Assembly: GCA_973895155.1 (NCBI GenBank) | Contig: OZ316895.1 | Coordinates: 8,854,184 to 8,918,183, forward strand | DNA: 64,000 nucleotides | Reading direction: 5' to 3' | Source of the DNA: Marsupella aquatica | Taxonomy: Eukaryota > Plantae > Marchantiophyta | Shown: positions 24,997 to 39,644 of the stretch, piece after piece | How positions within the stretch are numbered: the first letter of the stretch is position 1 | Layout: each line of letters starts with the position of its first letter | Program-made: the position numbers and the translations under genes | The notes under the pieces: model-generated | Seen by the model: only the letters and a program-made list of their open reading frames with translations | What the model was told of the DNA's origin: nothing | Databases searched by the model: none

Positions 24997-25274
24997 CAAA
25001 GCAAAGGAAGTGAACGAATACAGTCATGTTATCTGTTCTAGGCAACCAACATTTGATTTGTCGAGCCCATGGAGTTCAGCATGGGAAAGAAGGCGAATTC
25101 TATCTACAAATCTTGAGGTCACAGGTGGGAACTGTTTTGAAGCCTTTACAAGTACCAAAATGCATGCATGAACTCCATCTGGGATGGAAGAAACTTATTA
25201 CATTGGCCCGGCTGCTCTCCTTCAGTACAGGGCATGTTCTAAAATGTCCAAGTAACAAAGTGACACAGATATTT

Positions 25275-27689
25275 TCAACGATCGGTTAGACCAAATGACC
25301 TTTTTGCTGAATCCAAGGTGTTGGACAAGAGCATAGCAATCGTCATTGGGCCCACTCCTCCAGGAACTGGAGTTATCTTTGACGCTACTTGTGCAGCTTC
25401 TTGATAGCACACGTCTCCAACTAGCCGATAACCTTTCTTTGCGTTTGGATCCTGCACAGAGAAACCCCACCAAAATAATGAACCTCAGCAAAATAATGTT
25501 AGCTGAAATATAAATACCAGCAAAATAATTGCTGAAGATGAACACAAGTCGGAAACCTTACTTTCCGACGGCATCTACGATGACTATTCAAGCTCAAATT
25601 CATAATGCCATTAAAACCAGATAGACACCATTCAAAGGTTCAAACTCACCTCAACAGAGTTGATGCCAACATCAATGACCACCGCACCAGGCTTGATCCA
25701 ATCGCCCCGGACTAGGTGGGCAACCCCTACAGCTGCAATCACTATATCTGCCCTTCTGGTGACTTCAGCAGGATTGGGTGTGTGCGAATGCACGATAGTA
25801 ACTGTAGCATTTTGCCGCTGCAAACATTCAACTCGAGGGTAAGTAACAGGAATCCTTGCACGAGTAGAAGTTTGAACCGGATTGTAACCAGAAGGCAACC
25901 AAATATTTGTTGCAAACAATGTGATATTCTCGAGCTTTTCCACTCAATCAAAACTCGCCATACATGAACTCAATTCTAAATCTGCCGTGCACCTTTGGCC
26001 CACGGCTAGAATCTCTTATGAAACTTGATCACAGTAGCAACTGGTACTTGAGATTCTCTTATTTCGGCATCATGCCATTTATTGGCGATGCATTACCAAC
26101 TAGAGCAAACATTAGTCAAATCCCTCAAAAAGCTTATTCATTTTCAGATACTGACCTGCAGAAGAATGGCAACTGGCATTCCAATGACATTGCTGCGGCC
26201 AATGACCACGGCATGTTTGCCTTTGATAGTCACTCCAGATCGCAGCAGAAGCTCTATGCAACCTCTTGGAGTGCAGGACACATGAAGAGGTGTTCTGCCT
26301 TGCGAAGCCAGATGTCCCACATTCAAGGGATGGAACCCATCAACATCCTTTTCAACGTCAATGGCTGTAAGGACGGTCTCCTCGTTCATGTGCTGCCAAA
26401 GTATTTCGTATACATTAGCATCAAGCATCATATGTACGCCTCTCTCACTTTCTATTGAGATAAAAAGATTCGGTCTCATAATATCACACCAGCCCTCCTC
26501 TCTCCATTTCTATTGAGATTAAAAGATCGGGTCTCATTACACCACACCAGCCCTCCTCCTTGCTGAACGCAATAAATCCCTAATTACTCTTTGTAGGACA
26601 TGGTATTGTTACCTTTGGGAGAGGGAGCTGCACAAGTATTCCATGCACAGCTGGATCGCTGTTAAACTTGCGAACTGATTCTAAGACCTCTTCTTCTGCA
26701 GCATCCTCCGGTAATTTCACCTCAAAAGAAGAAATTCCAACTTCTTCACAGGCTTTCTTCTTACTGCGAACATACGTTGCTGAGTCCGTGCGATTTCCCA
26801 CCAGTACTACAGCTAACCCTGGAACTTTTCCTACTTTTTCTTTGATTTGGGCTACTTCCTCGCCAATACTTTTCCGAATGTCCTTAGCAATTGCCTTCCC
26901 GTCAATACTTTCTGCCACTCGTTCAGTACGACCCACTGCAAGCCAGTACAAGAATGTAAAGATAGAATGAATTGCGGTCTATGAATTCCAATTGGGGAAG
27001 GAGCAAAAGGTACATTTCAACAAACCTGCTTAACAATATTTACAACCAGGCTGAAGCCTAATAAAACATTGACATTGTTCAGTCTCTGGATACAGTTCCT
27101 GTTCACAGGGAATTGCTAGAATTCTCTGGCTCCAGTTTGATCTTCCACTTCTTTAACAGAAAGGTACAGTAACTCTTTGAACGCACAGTGCAGGTTGCTT
27201 TTAGTCATGAATTGTCTGCCACTAAACTAAAAAGTTTGGTTCATTAAAATGACACCACCATTGCGACTGAGAGCCAATAAGGGCGAACAAATTGATCACT
27301 GTTTGAGGAACACTTGCTTGTACAAACTTACATTCTTCATGAAGGACAGCTTCACAGCGTTGAAGATCTCTCCGAGATTTCCACAAGTCGAAGGTATCGT
27401 GTCCCACGATGGTGGAAACAGGAGCAGCTGAGCTGAATTTTCTGCCGCTTGTGACCACTGCAGTGGCACACGGTCGGCATTCAACCTTCGAACCAGCGAT
27501 AGGCGTCACTATTCTGGGACTCGAGGAGCTCGCTGCAGCTGACAAAGAAGCAGGAACTAGGTTGCCTTTCCATGGCGAGGTAAATATCGCCTTGCCAACC
27601 CGATCACATCGTGACCCAAACGAAACCGCCGCAGCTGCTGTTGCTGCTGGGCGCTGGAGCATAGTTCCTCGCACACAGGTTCCCATCAT
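25275..27689 (-). CDS. FOLD: Bifunctional methylenetetrahydrofolate dehydrogenase/cyclohydrolase FolD with long organellar transit peptide, 5 exons, ~420 aa
   Basis: Exons 27689-27332, 26935-26613, 26392-26156, 25817-25650 and 25451-25275, phase-consistent. Motifs: [75 protein letters not shown]. Confidence 0.95.
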
Positions 27690-29195
27690 GGAAGAAATTC
27701 TCGCTTCGGCTCCTGCTTCCGGTTATATACTGAGGATTCATCGTTTGTGAAACGTCGTGGATTTTGTATCGTCAGCAGAACAACCAATCATAGTACTGTA
27801 TGAAACCTAATTCGCTTTTTCGTAGCCATCGCTCGCCGCAATGGTTTTGTGTCACTCATGCTATCGTGAGTGACACAAAATGACGGGACCCGTTGAGCGA
27901 ATGTCGTGAGTTAGGTGACGGACACAACTTTTGTGCCGGCCGTGGGCCCTGCCCTTTTGTCCGTCCGAGTCCTCCCTAGAGTCCTTGTCCAACAAGTTTC
28001 TTCGCTTTGCGCACAGTTTCGGAGCCTCGCGAACGCTCCGTGACATCAAGCTATTGAATCGAATTCGTTGTGCAGATTGAACCCCGCGATACTGGCCCGT
28101 TGCGTCTCCTTGCCACCAATGTGTGAGTTCCTAATCTGAATTTCTTCAACCTTCGAAGACGAGAAGATCACGGGAAATGTTGACGTGCACTACTACGAAT
28201 GCCTCGCCTTTATCGAGATCCTCATGTACTGCTTCTTTGCAAACGGGATTCGGAACCGGAGCTGCGTAGTCACAGCTGGACGAGTGCCTCGCTCCGAAAT
28301 TACAGAGGGAAAATCCATATTACCAGTTGTGGTTATCCTAAATTCTCCCCGGACTAAGCCGAAATGTGGACATCACCCGCATTTCTAGTACGATGGTATG
28401 TCGTAGATCGAAAATTTGGTGTTTTCTCATTTTATCAATTCTCTGTTGTATGTTAGATCTGTTATCGTTTTTTGTGGCGCTGTGTTAAACGTTCTTCAAT
28501 TGGATATGAAAACACTGCCTTCGGACAGTTTGCCAATTCATACATGTTGTTCAAGGAGCTCCCTAACGGCGGAGTACTTCATTGTTTGTATTCAGGTTCT
28601 AGTATGATTGAAATGACTTTCCATTAGGTGCTCATCTCTGTTCTTTGTGATGTTGTAATATACTATTTGTGATCTTAAAATGTTTCTAAAAGAGTCTTCA
28701 TTGGAATGTCCTATCAGTCCTTGACTCTTGTAAGCTCAACAACCTTGAGTCGATGAATTCTGCTAGAAGCATGCCCAACTTGTAAGCTGAACGACATTGA
28801 AATTTTATCTCCGCAGATTGAAATTCAATTCACCTTCTTCATCAATGCTTTACACCGCTAGAATAGACAAGGTTACTTGAACATCCTACGGTGAGTTGCT
28901 CCACCCCTTGAGCATGTAACGTCATTCTCGTTCTATACCTACTTTTTCTAAGGTCTAGAATTTGGCCGTCAGATTCCTTTGAGGTCACAACAAATTTTGT
29001 ATTTTCCAGACTTCTGTTTTGATTCAACTCGATCACAAACTTAGAAAGCTTTTTAAAAAGATTTTGATTCCAAAGAGTTAAGATGCAACTTTGAAACCTT
29101 GGTTTTACCGGGTGTTGCCGCAGACGAGTTGCGTTGAGCCTACAAGGCAGACAAATCCGGCACCAGTTCATTGCTAAGGGGTCTTGTGAGCGAGC

Positions 29196-31418
29196 ATGGG
29201 GCAGGAAGAGATGATGGAGGAGCGGATGAGGGCCGCTGTGATTGAGGCCTGCAGAGCACTTCGTAGGCGCCACAAATTGGAGGAAGGTGCGCACGGCCCA
29301 GCTGTCGCTGCGCTAGCAAGGGTGGCGTCCTCCCGGGTAGGCATCTTTTTTCCTCATTAATGCTAAATTGGCTTGCACTAACATGGAATATCTGCAATTC
29401 TTTGTCCAAAGATGTTCGAGGATTTTCGATGGTACTGTAAATGTGTGCCAGTGATCTGTCTCTTCCCTCGGTTCAATATCAAAATAAGGGGCGTTGAAGA
29501 TTATGTCTTCAAACCTAATAGGCAGCTTCTTCGGAAGACTCTGCCTTGAAGACCGCTTTTAGCAATTGCAGCAATTTGCGTGGTAGTGTAGATCAAGCAA
29601 GTGGTTGGAAATGTCTGTTTCAGGGCGTGGAGCTTCAGACTAAGGTAGAGGGCCTACAGCAAGAATTGACTCACAGTTATCGAGCACAGTCAGAGGCAAG
29701 AGAGCAACTAGTGACGGCGTTGACTACAAACCATAATTTGCAAACACAGCTTGCAGAAAAGGAGGCCCTTATTGCTGATCTGCAAGAAAAACTCGTCACA
29801 CTAAGGTGAATGTTACTTAAAACTGATGGATCTCTGGGTATGTCTTACAAAATCAGTCTGCTTGCAATAGTCTCAAGGACTGCGGATTATCATAGTCTGA
29901 AGGCAAACTACCGAATATCTAGACTCAGAGGGTCAAAATGTCCTTTTCGTTCTAACTCCCAAGAATTTGGGAAACTTTTACGGGGACAGAGAGGGCGGTA
30001 GATGAAGCCATGGTGAGACTAATAGTCGAGGTCTCCTTCACAGGTCCAGGGTGGAAGAACTGGAATCAATTTCCGAGAACCAGCATAGTGCTTTGGATGA
30101 AGCTCAACACGAAAGAGCCAATCTTAAACTTCAAGTCGACGAATTGGAGACAAAACTCTCCAAGGCTGAGACGGATAACGAAATGCTATTGGACCGGATA
30201 ATGCAGCAGAAATTGCAGGATGCAGAGCGTCTTAACGAGGTTTATTTGCCTTTCCAGAAAGGATTGATTTGATATGTTGTCCATATTACCAGTTGTGGTT
30301 CCAGTCCGCAATGTTTTGGATGCTGTAGGTCATTGTTGCTTTGATCTCTGATTGTGATATTTCTCTGTGTCCACCTTGTACTTCTGTCACAGGCGAATGC
30401 AATGTATGAGGATATGATGGAACGATTGAAAGCAACCAGGCTGGACGAGCTAGCAAAGCTACAAGTTGATGGAATTGTAAGGCAAAGTGAAGCTGGGGCT
30501 GAACTATATGTGGACTCAGGGATTCCCAGCCGCGTTCGTCATAGACTGCAGGCACATGAGGGGGGAGGATCTGCCATTGCCTTTGAGCATAACACAGGAG
30601 TTCTGTTCAGTGGAGGTAGCGATCGTTTAATACAAAAGTGGGACACTTCGGCCGGTACTCCACTGGAAACTCTGCGTGGCTGCCTTGGTTCAGTCCTTGA
30701 TCTATCTGTGTCCATGGACAACAAACAGGTTTTGGCAGCCTGCAGTGATCATAAAGTTTATCTGTGGGATCCCGCGTCTGGTCGACTCAAGCACACTTTG
30801 ACAGGCCACACTGAGAAGGTCGTTGGTGTAGATGTGAGCCAAGGTGGGGGTAGGCGAGCTGTAAGTGCTTCGCATGACCGGACAATCAAAATGTGGGATC
30901 TGACAACTGGGTATGGAGTGAACACCATAGTCTGCTATAGTAACTGCAACGCTGTATGTATGACATCTGATGGGCAATTAATTTGTTCAGGTCATACGGA
31001 TGGCAATCTCAGAGTGTGGGACATCCGAACAGGAAAGCTTGCTCATGAATTGGCTGCTCATGGGCAAGGCATAACATCAGTTTGTCTTTCACGAACTGGG
31101 CATACGGTTCTAACTAGTGGACGAGATAATGTTCACAACCTCTTCGATGTGCGTGCTCTGGATATCCTGGATACTTTTAGATCTCCGAATTATCGAGCAG
31201 CCACCAATTGGACCCGTTCATGCTTAAGTCCGAATGAAAAATTTGTAGTGGGAGGTTCAGCAGATGGAACAGTCGTGATGTGGAGCAGGAAAAGTGGCGA
31301 ACACGAAATACTTTTGAAGGGAGGACATGCATCCCCAATTCTATCATGTGCATGGAGTAGTTCAGGAAAGCCTTTGGTTACTGCAGACAAGAGTGGTAGA
31401 GTCTGCGTATGGGAGTGA
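29196..31418 (+). CDS. ATG16: Autophagy-related protein 16 (coiled coil + WD40), 4 exons, ~514 aa
   Basis: Exons 29196-29336, 29624-29805, 30044-30239 and 30393-31418. N-terminal RALRRRHKLEEGAHGPA, a coiled coil, ERLNEANAMYEDM, LQVDGIVRQSEAGAE and a WD40 C-terminus, matching plant ATG16 architecture. Confidence 0.93.
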
Positions 31419-32204
31419 AGTGGACCTGCAGGTGGGTCCCTAGGCCCTCTTAGCAGTTCTTACCTAAGCATTTCAACCTGTAGTCAAACATTGGTTTACT
31501 TGTAACAAGTTGAGGCTAGAACTCATGAATTCGGTACAAGTGATCGAGTAATCTCTCCTCTTTACCGTAAGTGCTCGAAATTTTATTTTTTGATTGAATA
31601 ACAGGGTCAAGGTTTACTCAAAACAATTAGAAATATTGTATGAAATTACCTTAGACAACTGTCTCAGATGAATGATCTAATTAAAGTCCTGCTACCCATA
31701 TTGTGCTGAAATGACCTATGTGATTGTTGAAAAGTAGAACGTGCAAGTCAGTCCAGTTTCGAAAATGGGTGCAATTGATCTCCTAGAAGTCGTTCCGGGA
31801 TTTGCGGATGCATGTTGTTTACGTATCGTGACAACCTTCACAGAAATCTAACCGTGAGCTTTCGATCGCCAGGGAAATGTTAGTGAAAACCCGGTTTTAA
31901 GATTTTGGGTATGTTTTACCGTAGTGCTGAGCTGATTTCCGCGGTTAGGGACAGGAAATGGATGTTTAACTTGTTTTTAGATTGTACGGCATCAATCTCA
32001 TTTTGAAACTTCTCGCTGTGTCAGGTGGCATAAAACACTTCAGACACGGGCCAAGCGGTGCAGTGACCCAGAGGAGCTGACGAATGAAGGTTTCAAACGT
32101 TTTTTAGAAATAGTGCATCGAAGAAGCAAGTCAGCAGTTCCTCTTATAGTGGTAGAGGGGCCAGACCACGTTACTGCTGTTGATGTAGGTCAAATCTGTT
32201 TCGA

Positions 32205-33890
32205 CTCTGATACCAAAAGTGAGGAACCGTCTCCGATGCCAGGGGCGTGCTGCAGTTTGATCACCTTACGGCCCTTGGACAGACAAATTTATGAAATAAT
32301 CATGAGTGGACCAAACGCCATGATGGTTCTCGATTGCCGGAGGACATCAAGCTGCAAGTCATTTACTAGATTCCAGTGCCCTGGTAGGTAACCACAAGTG
32401 AGATTCTCTCCCCAAGGGTTTATGTCAATTCTCGCCACTGACTTTTGCAAAGCCTTCAAACAACCAGAAGACTGAAGACTCTACCAGGAATGTTGAAAGT
32501 TCTTCAAGTAAAGCTTAAATACAGCGTCGAACTAGGCTTTTCAAGGAAAATGGAAGATGGATGCACTGCATGGAGATTTCAGGGACATATAGTGGATGGA
32601 ATTTGAAAATTATCCTGGAGGGAGGATTTACAAAATCGGGCAGTGGCCACAGATCTGTTCCAATCCTGTGTTCCAATCCTGTGTTTTGGTAGCACTATCT
32701 AAGGCCGAAAGGAAGATTTTTCTGTTTAGCCTAAGCAAGTGCACAGGGTAGTTTTGTTGACGCTCTGATCTGTATCCGATGCTGGTTTGCGGTTAGAGGG
32801 GACGACTTTTATCTGAAGTGCAAAACTGAGGCAACCTCACAAATTATATCACTTAGCAGACATGTGACGGATACAGGAGTAGGGTGTGGATTTAGACCCT
32901 GGGTTACCTCCATGGTCAGATCTACAGCCAGATGGGAGGGAGGCCTGACAAGCGTAGAATTTTGCTGTAAATTTTTCATTGCTTGATCTGTGTCCAGTTG
33001 ATGGCCAGACGAGGCTCGATTTGACTTCTTCTCTAAATTTGAGACATTAAGGGTGCATGTGGTTTGCTTGCGTTGAGGGGGAGTTGACGTTTAGTTCCGA
33101 CTGATGCTGTTCTGACGAGAACCTCTAGGAAGTTGGATTAGCAGGAATAAGTGTAGAGTAGCTAATGCTGCCTCGTGAGGAAAAAACGAATAATTAGGAT
33201 CTCTAGCCCTCATGAACAATTTGTTTGGCGGGTTGCACAGATGGGATTGGTGACCACTCGTAACTTTCAAAATGGATTTGAGGGAAGCAAGGGATCTTCG
33301 ACGTAGTAACATTTTTACCAGAAGTGGCATTCAGGGCTACTCAGAGCCTGCCGTATTTCCTTGGCTTCGCAATGAATCATCGATCAATCCAGTTTGCAAA
33401 GGGAAGCACCTCCTTCTATTCAAGTAGATGGAAAATTGTGGAAATTTGTCTTGATTATACGCCCAATACCAGTACAAGACTGCCCCAGATATGGCTAGAT
33501 CTCACAGGGGTGGAAAGTGTAAGGAGCTGGGATAAACTGACCTGCAAGCCTGACAATATATCAGGTGCAATGAGACGATTTGGACTTTTGTGCAAGGATA
33601 AACTGACCTGCAAGCCTGACAATATATCAGGTGCAATGAGACGATGTGCACTTTTGTGCAATATCGACGCCACCCATTAACAATCAAGATCTGATAATGA
33701 GGTGGGTACGCAGCGGTAAATTTTAATGATTTTTGTGCAAATTTGTAATAAGATAGACTCAATTTGAGGTAAATTGTTACTCAATGATTGAATAGGGTCC
33801 CTAGTTAAATAGATTGCTAAAGGGTATCACCAGAAGTTTATGTTCCAACTGAGGAAATGACAGCAGACATGTTCACCAAATGACTCCCAA
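32205..33890. mobile_element. Decayed LTR-retrotransposon (Copia-like) fragments
   Basis: tRNA-iMet PBS TGGTATCAGAG on the minus strand at 32205-32215. Plus-strand PPT GAGGGGGAG at 33075-33083, then an LTR-like segment ending CATTAACA at 33682 that contains a 66-bp tandem duplication (33530-33661). Copia RNase H remnant VYVPTEEMTADMFTK*L at 33836-33886. Confidence 0.65.
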
Positions 33891-36355
33891 AGTATCTTTT
33901 TTACCCTTTGACCATGGTCCAGATTGTCACGATGCTTCATCAGCAATTCGTTTTCGACAATTATTAGAAAATCTCTTTAAAAATGGCAACAGAAGATGAC
34001 GTTGATTGGAATTCGATGACATTTCCAATCAGTATTTGAAGAGTCCGATTCTTCTTCCCGAGCATTACCTCTGCGCTTTTGAGGCACAACATCTCTTCCA
34101 CCATCTCGTTGAAAGAATCCTCCTGTCTTATTAGGGATCATGGGATTGAGTCGAAGGTAAACTATACGTACCTTTATCCAAAGCTTCGAGATGATTGTGA
34201 AGGCTTAATTAAAATCGAGTGTCTTTCGAGCTCTCCAGGAAAGGAGCAAGTCCTACATGGCCTGTAGGCAACTCATTGGGAAATCGTGTGTCTACCAATA
34301 AAAGTCTGCCTTCCGATCCCACCAGCACCAATGCGTGATTGATCACTCATCCCCAAAATCACGACCCTTGCGAAGGGTATGTCCCCGGATCCATGAGACT
34401 ACTAGTGCATGTGGATCTCACTCACCTGTCGACTGCCCCCTACGACGCATGAATATAGTTCACATGCTTTGTGAGTAATGATGAGAAGGAGCTAGCCAGC
34501 AAATGAAATGGAAACAATCCATGAGGGTCTGTGCATAATCCGAAAAGGACCAAGCAGATGCAGATAGATTTCTATTAAAAAGCCGGGTGCACTACGTTGA
34601 CGGCGAAATATCCCACCAACTTCACATCTGCAGCAGGAACTGTGCAGTGTGGGATGCCTTGTGAAGGTTAAAGGAATGTTCCATTATTCCCGGGCAAAGT
34701 GACCTTTTGTCCCTTTTGAAGGCAATGCTAGAATGCACTACCAAAAACAAGGGAATCCGTGAATGGGCGCAATCCGAATGGCAGGAACTCGTCATCAGAA
34801 GAACAGATAAAGCCATCGTGAGGGATTTAACCTGCTTTGAGCTTGTCGGTAGAACCCCCACGACTGAAGCAATTTCTACGATGAAGGTGAAATGAAAATT
34901 TCAAGGAAATTACGATGTCGAAGTTACATCCATATCGATCACTGAAAAGACTCAGAAAAGTGAAGCTAGAGCGACATAAGATCGATCCAAGAGCACAGCG
35001 TAAGTCGGACGAGATGTCGTGGAGACCAAGGGAAATGTTGAATGTCGATCACAGGAAGACCATTCATCCCATACTCCTAACAAAATTCTAATAAAATCCT
35101 CTGGCTCATATCAGATGTTCAAGAAATGAATGACCCCGAGCCCAAGGGTAATTCGCTGTTAGCACGGAAGTAGCTCAGCGATGGAGGTAGCTTGTACTCC
35201 ACATGGAATGTCATCACTTCCACTGAGTTGAATCGCAAAACGTGGAATCCTGCCTGGATTTCTGGACTACCTCATGATTGTATTCCAAGATTTGTACCAT
35301 GATTTGCATTGTTGTTGCGTTTCGGTGCAGCCCGGCTTCTGTCAGTATTTTATGTAATAAAGTGTTGTAGAGTTCTTTCTGGCAGCTTTTGGTCCACTCA
35401 TGGAAGCTAGGTCCACTGATGGAATTCAATTTAGGTTCGTTTTACTTCCTTCATGTGTCACTGTCTGCTGCACAGTGGGCTTGACATGACTGGACCGGAC
35501 TGGCCAGTGACCAGCGCAATGTACGTACGTATGCTGAAATTTGCAATCTAAATGTCCATTCACAAGGCCAGACGGTGGAAGGAGTGTTGAAACCCATGAT
35601 TGCGCAAGTGGATGAACATCTACTAGTAAGCGTTATCTCATGAAGTTCGTCCGACAGCCATACGATATGCTTCAGTTGCGTTTCTCCGTCAAGAGCATTG
35701 TCGAGGTAAGTCCCAGCAGGACACAAAAATCTTTTATGCCCAGAATGATCATGAGAAAGGGAGGTGATCGATTTCCACTGATTCGATCGTGACTGGCAAC
35801 CAAATCTACACAAGAAGGATCAGTATTGTAGCAATCAGATCCGCATGATTGTCTTCAGGTAACTGTTCTATGTCTCCCTATTTTACTTCTTCCATAGGAT
35901 CAACTTGTCGAAATGCAGCATAGATCTAGCCGTGTACCAGAGAACTGCTCCAATCAAGCTTCTGGTCGTCTCCCATGGCCACTTTCGTACCTGAAAGGTG
36001 TGAAGATCAAGCTCTTTATTCCACAACTTAAGTCAAAGGTCAAAGATTATTCTCTCTAGACCCACCAAAAGTTGTAATACAAACAGGGTTCATGACTCGT
36101 GGTGGTTGGTTCATCATGGGTTTGCTAGATCCACGAAAACAGCCAGAATGATGAAAACACATATTTGCCCAGCATCTGATGAGATACTCAGGTAGGTACC
36201 ACTTGGGTACTGTTTACTGCTGTAGCCTGAGGAAAATGCGTTGCATGTGTAAGTTCCCCTGGAACCTCTTATGTAATTTATGGTGGGTCAGCCTGGCATG
36301 CATATTCCCTAGTTGATCAATAATACAGTGGCTCAAAGCTGGCAACAGGGCGATA

Positions 36356-36612
36356 CTCTAGGATGACATCCTCCCATAACTCATGACTATTAGGATCCTC
36401 CCATAAAAGTTGTGGGAGCCAATCTGGGGGGCTAGCTACCTGAAGAAAACACTTTAACGCCTAACCAATAACTTTAACAACTTACCATCCTCTAGGATGA
36501 CATCCTCCCACATTTCTTGACTAATAGGATCTCCCATAAAAGTTGTGGGAGCCTATGTTGGGGGCTGCCATGAAGAAAACACTTTAACACGTAAGCAATA
36601 ACTTTAACAACT
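36356..36612. repeat. Diverged ~134-bp tandem duplication
   Basis: ctctaggatgacatcctccca...cccataaaagttgtgggagcc...tgaagaaaacactttaac...caataactttaacaact x2. Confidence 0.85.
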
Positions 36613-39600
36613 GTCTTATAACCTTACAGTAGATGCAAATCCAAAAGTTGAGAAAGTTGCAATTGAAGGTAAGTGGACTTTGGGCCTGAGGTGGTGGTGG
36701 CGGCTACATTTGGGGTGCAGCTGACCAAGAATGAAGGAAAGGAAATATATGTCATCCGACTCAGGTGAGACCATAGCCCCTGCCATGGGGCAGGTCAATG
36801 CTACCGTCCCCCATTTATTTAAATCCTGAACTGGGTCCAATTAACTAGTAAGAGTTACAAGATGGACCATAAATCCATAACTTTCAGTCATGGCCAAGCT
36901 TTGAGATGCCCTAATAAGTTTGTGGACACAGGAGAGGACCATTTTGAATCAAGGTCATCACCAAAGATGACTGAGCTGTCTTCTGGATATCTGCAGACTA
37001 CCTACGCTAGTAGCTAGATCAAGAGTTGAGTCCAATTGCCGACGTGCACTGGAGCCAAAGGGCCGCTTGCTTGCCACACCTATAGTTCCAAAGGGCTTGG
37101 CATGGGAATGAAGGGCCATTAATTAGAGTGTCTCAAAGCTTCAAAATTACCAATGATGACTGTCAGCTCTATAAAGGAATGGTCTAAAAGTTTATTTTCA
37201 CTAGCCTCTAGAGTGACTAAAGGTAAATGGCATACTACCAATATTTATCATGGCAAAAAGTTAAAGACTATGAACTTGGTACTAGTCTTTAACTTTCTGT
37301 GTGCGTAACCCATAACTATGAAACTAAATTTCATCAAAGTCAGAGCTTTGAGATGCCCTATTGCAGTACCTCTAAGCTAACATCTTCGGCAGGACTGAAC
37401 CTTGGTAGGAGCTATACTTCTCTTTTGCACCTTTTCCCTTGTGGGATGTGGGTGAATGTTTTGTCACACGAGGAGCCCCATAATAATATTAACTGGCCCA
37501 TGGCAGAGCTTCTAGAGCCTGGACCTAACTAGTAATCATTTTGGGTACTGCACATTTAACTTTCCCAGAGATTCAGCAGCAGTTGGGGTGACTACCAGTG
37601 TGCTCTTTGTGTGATCTCTCATTGGGTTTCATAAGGTCAAATCTGACTGTAAAGCCAATTGGATCAAAGAGTATTCTAGAGAATACAGAACTCAAGGAGA
37701 ATAAGTTAAATTCCATTAATGAAGGATGTAACCTTAGGGCTATAGTGGCAAAAATTAGTCAAATTCCATCTCTATCAGAATCCTTTGCCTTAATCATGGT
37801 GATCTCGATGCACCAGCTTGTGCTTTGGGGAGAGTGGCAGGTGGTTTAAGGCAAGTCCCCATCACTCTGCAGTAAGCACATGAACCTTGCAAGGTACTAG
37901 ATCTTCTTCACATAAGCTGTGGATAGCTCCTTTGGGTCCTTGACAACTATGGCACATGTGAATGTTATGTTTGACTGACGATGAAAGGAACCCTATTTCA
38001 GGAGTAGCACCACAATTCTAAAGGCAGGTGCCCACAAAAGTACATGCAAAATTGCGCTTGTCTATGAGCACTAAACTGAGGAAGCCCCCTTTGATTGTTA
38101 TGTTCTACCGTCTATCTATGACAACCACAATGGAATGACACTTTGGTCAGTCCCACTATTAAGTACTTTGCCAGCGTAGCAAAGCCAATCAGGGAGATTT
38201 CACGTGAAACAAACTTGATTTCTGTGTGAGGAGTGTCAAATCCATGCAAACGTACATGTCACACGAGATCTCACATTTCGGACGACCCTGTCATTTGAGT
38301 GCACCCTTTGAGGGCCCTTGTGAGATTGAATTGTCTCATGACTGCTACTTTTTCACCAGGAATTCAGTATGCCAAAGCCCTGGGACCCATGCCTCCAGAC
38401 GTTTTTCAATCAATTTCAGATTTCCTGAATTTAGCTTTGATGAGGGCAAAGTATGACAGGCATGTGCTCCTATCAATTTAAAGGAGTCCTAAACTTGGAT
38501 TGAAAAAATTTTCCTTTTACTTTTTGATATTCAGCAATGGAACGTCCAAGATAACTTTGTCTCCAAAATCACTTCTGTAACTGCAAACTGATGTGAGAAA
38601 GCTTTACAGGATCTGAAATGTGTACCTTCTTCAACTACGTTACTGAAGCTGGTCCTCCATCTATGTCACATCCTATACATTCCTATACTCTTTTGGTCAC
38701 TCCAAGTTCCACATTTATAATTGGATTTCAATGTCCAATAGGGTGTGTCAAAGCATAGCTGTAATTCACTCAGGACATAAAATGTTATTATTGTCAGGAT
38801 AAAATCATTTTGGGCTACCAAAAATGTACCCATAAGGGTTATACATCCAAAAAGTATAATGCTGTAACACTTTGGTTGAGGGAGAAATTTGACAGGCTCT
38901 AATGTATAAACATTGTTGCAAATTCCAGTCTTTACAGTCACAAAGACTTTAGTTGGTAAGTTTTTCTGGTCACTCTCCTTGAAAATGTGATCCGTTATAC
39001 CTCTTATTTTCCTTGCACGCCTTGCTTATAGCTAAAGCTACCCGTTTATATCGTTCATATGAATAATTAGAAAACTTTCCAGAATTGAGAGTTATGATTT
39101 GGTTTATTTATGGTAGACCAAACATTGCTTATAAGGTAAGCCACGATGGCTCTCTAGATTTAAATTCAAGAAGGATTTTCTATATTCAGAATTCACCACA
39201 CGTAACTCCAGCCTATGAGAAAACGCCACCTGTACATAGGACATTTATAAAAACCGCCAGACAGAAATCAATGGAGAGTACTCAAACGTAATGGCTACCT
39301 CAGTGGTCCAGGGCTATCCATAACGATGGGTTTTGCTTTCATCAGTTTAGGACTCGTTTTCATTGATGCAAAGCAGGACTTGTTTTCATTGATGCAAAGT
39401 GATGAAGTGAGCCTAGGGAAAATCTTCACTACGTAAAATTCCATGCAATCAAATAGGAAACTGGCCCATTGCGGCGTTTCACTGTTGTCTTCCATGACAA
39501 CCACTTGGAATGTCCTTTTGCTCACCTGCTTGGGTTGCTCAAGGCTTGCCACCTGGTGGACTTGCCAATCATGTAATAACTAGTACTGACAATATTGCTA

Positions 39601-39644
39601 GAAGATGAGTTTTATTAAAAGTTGTATTTTTAAACGTAGGTATT

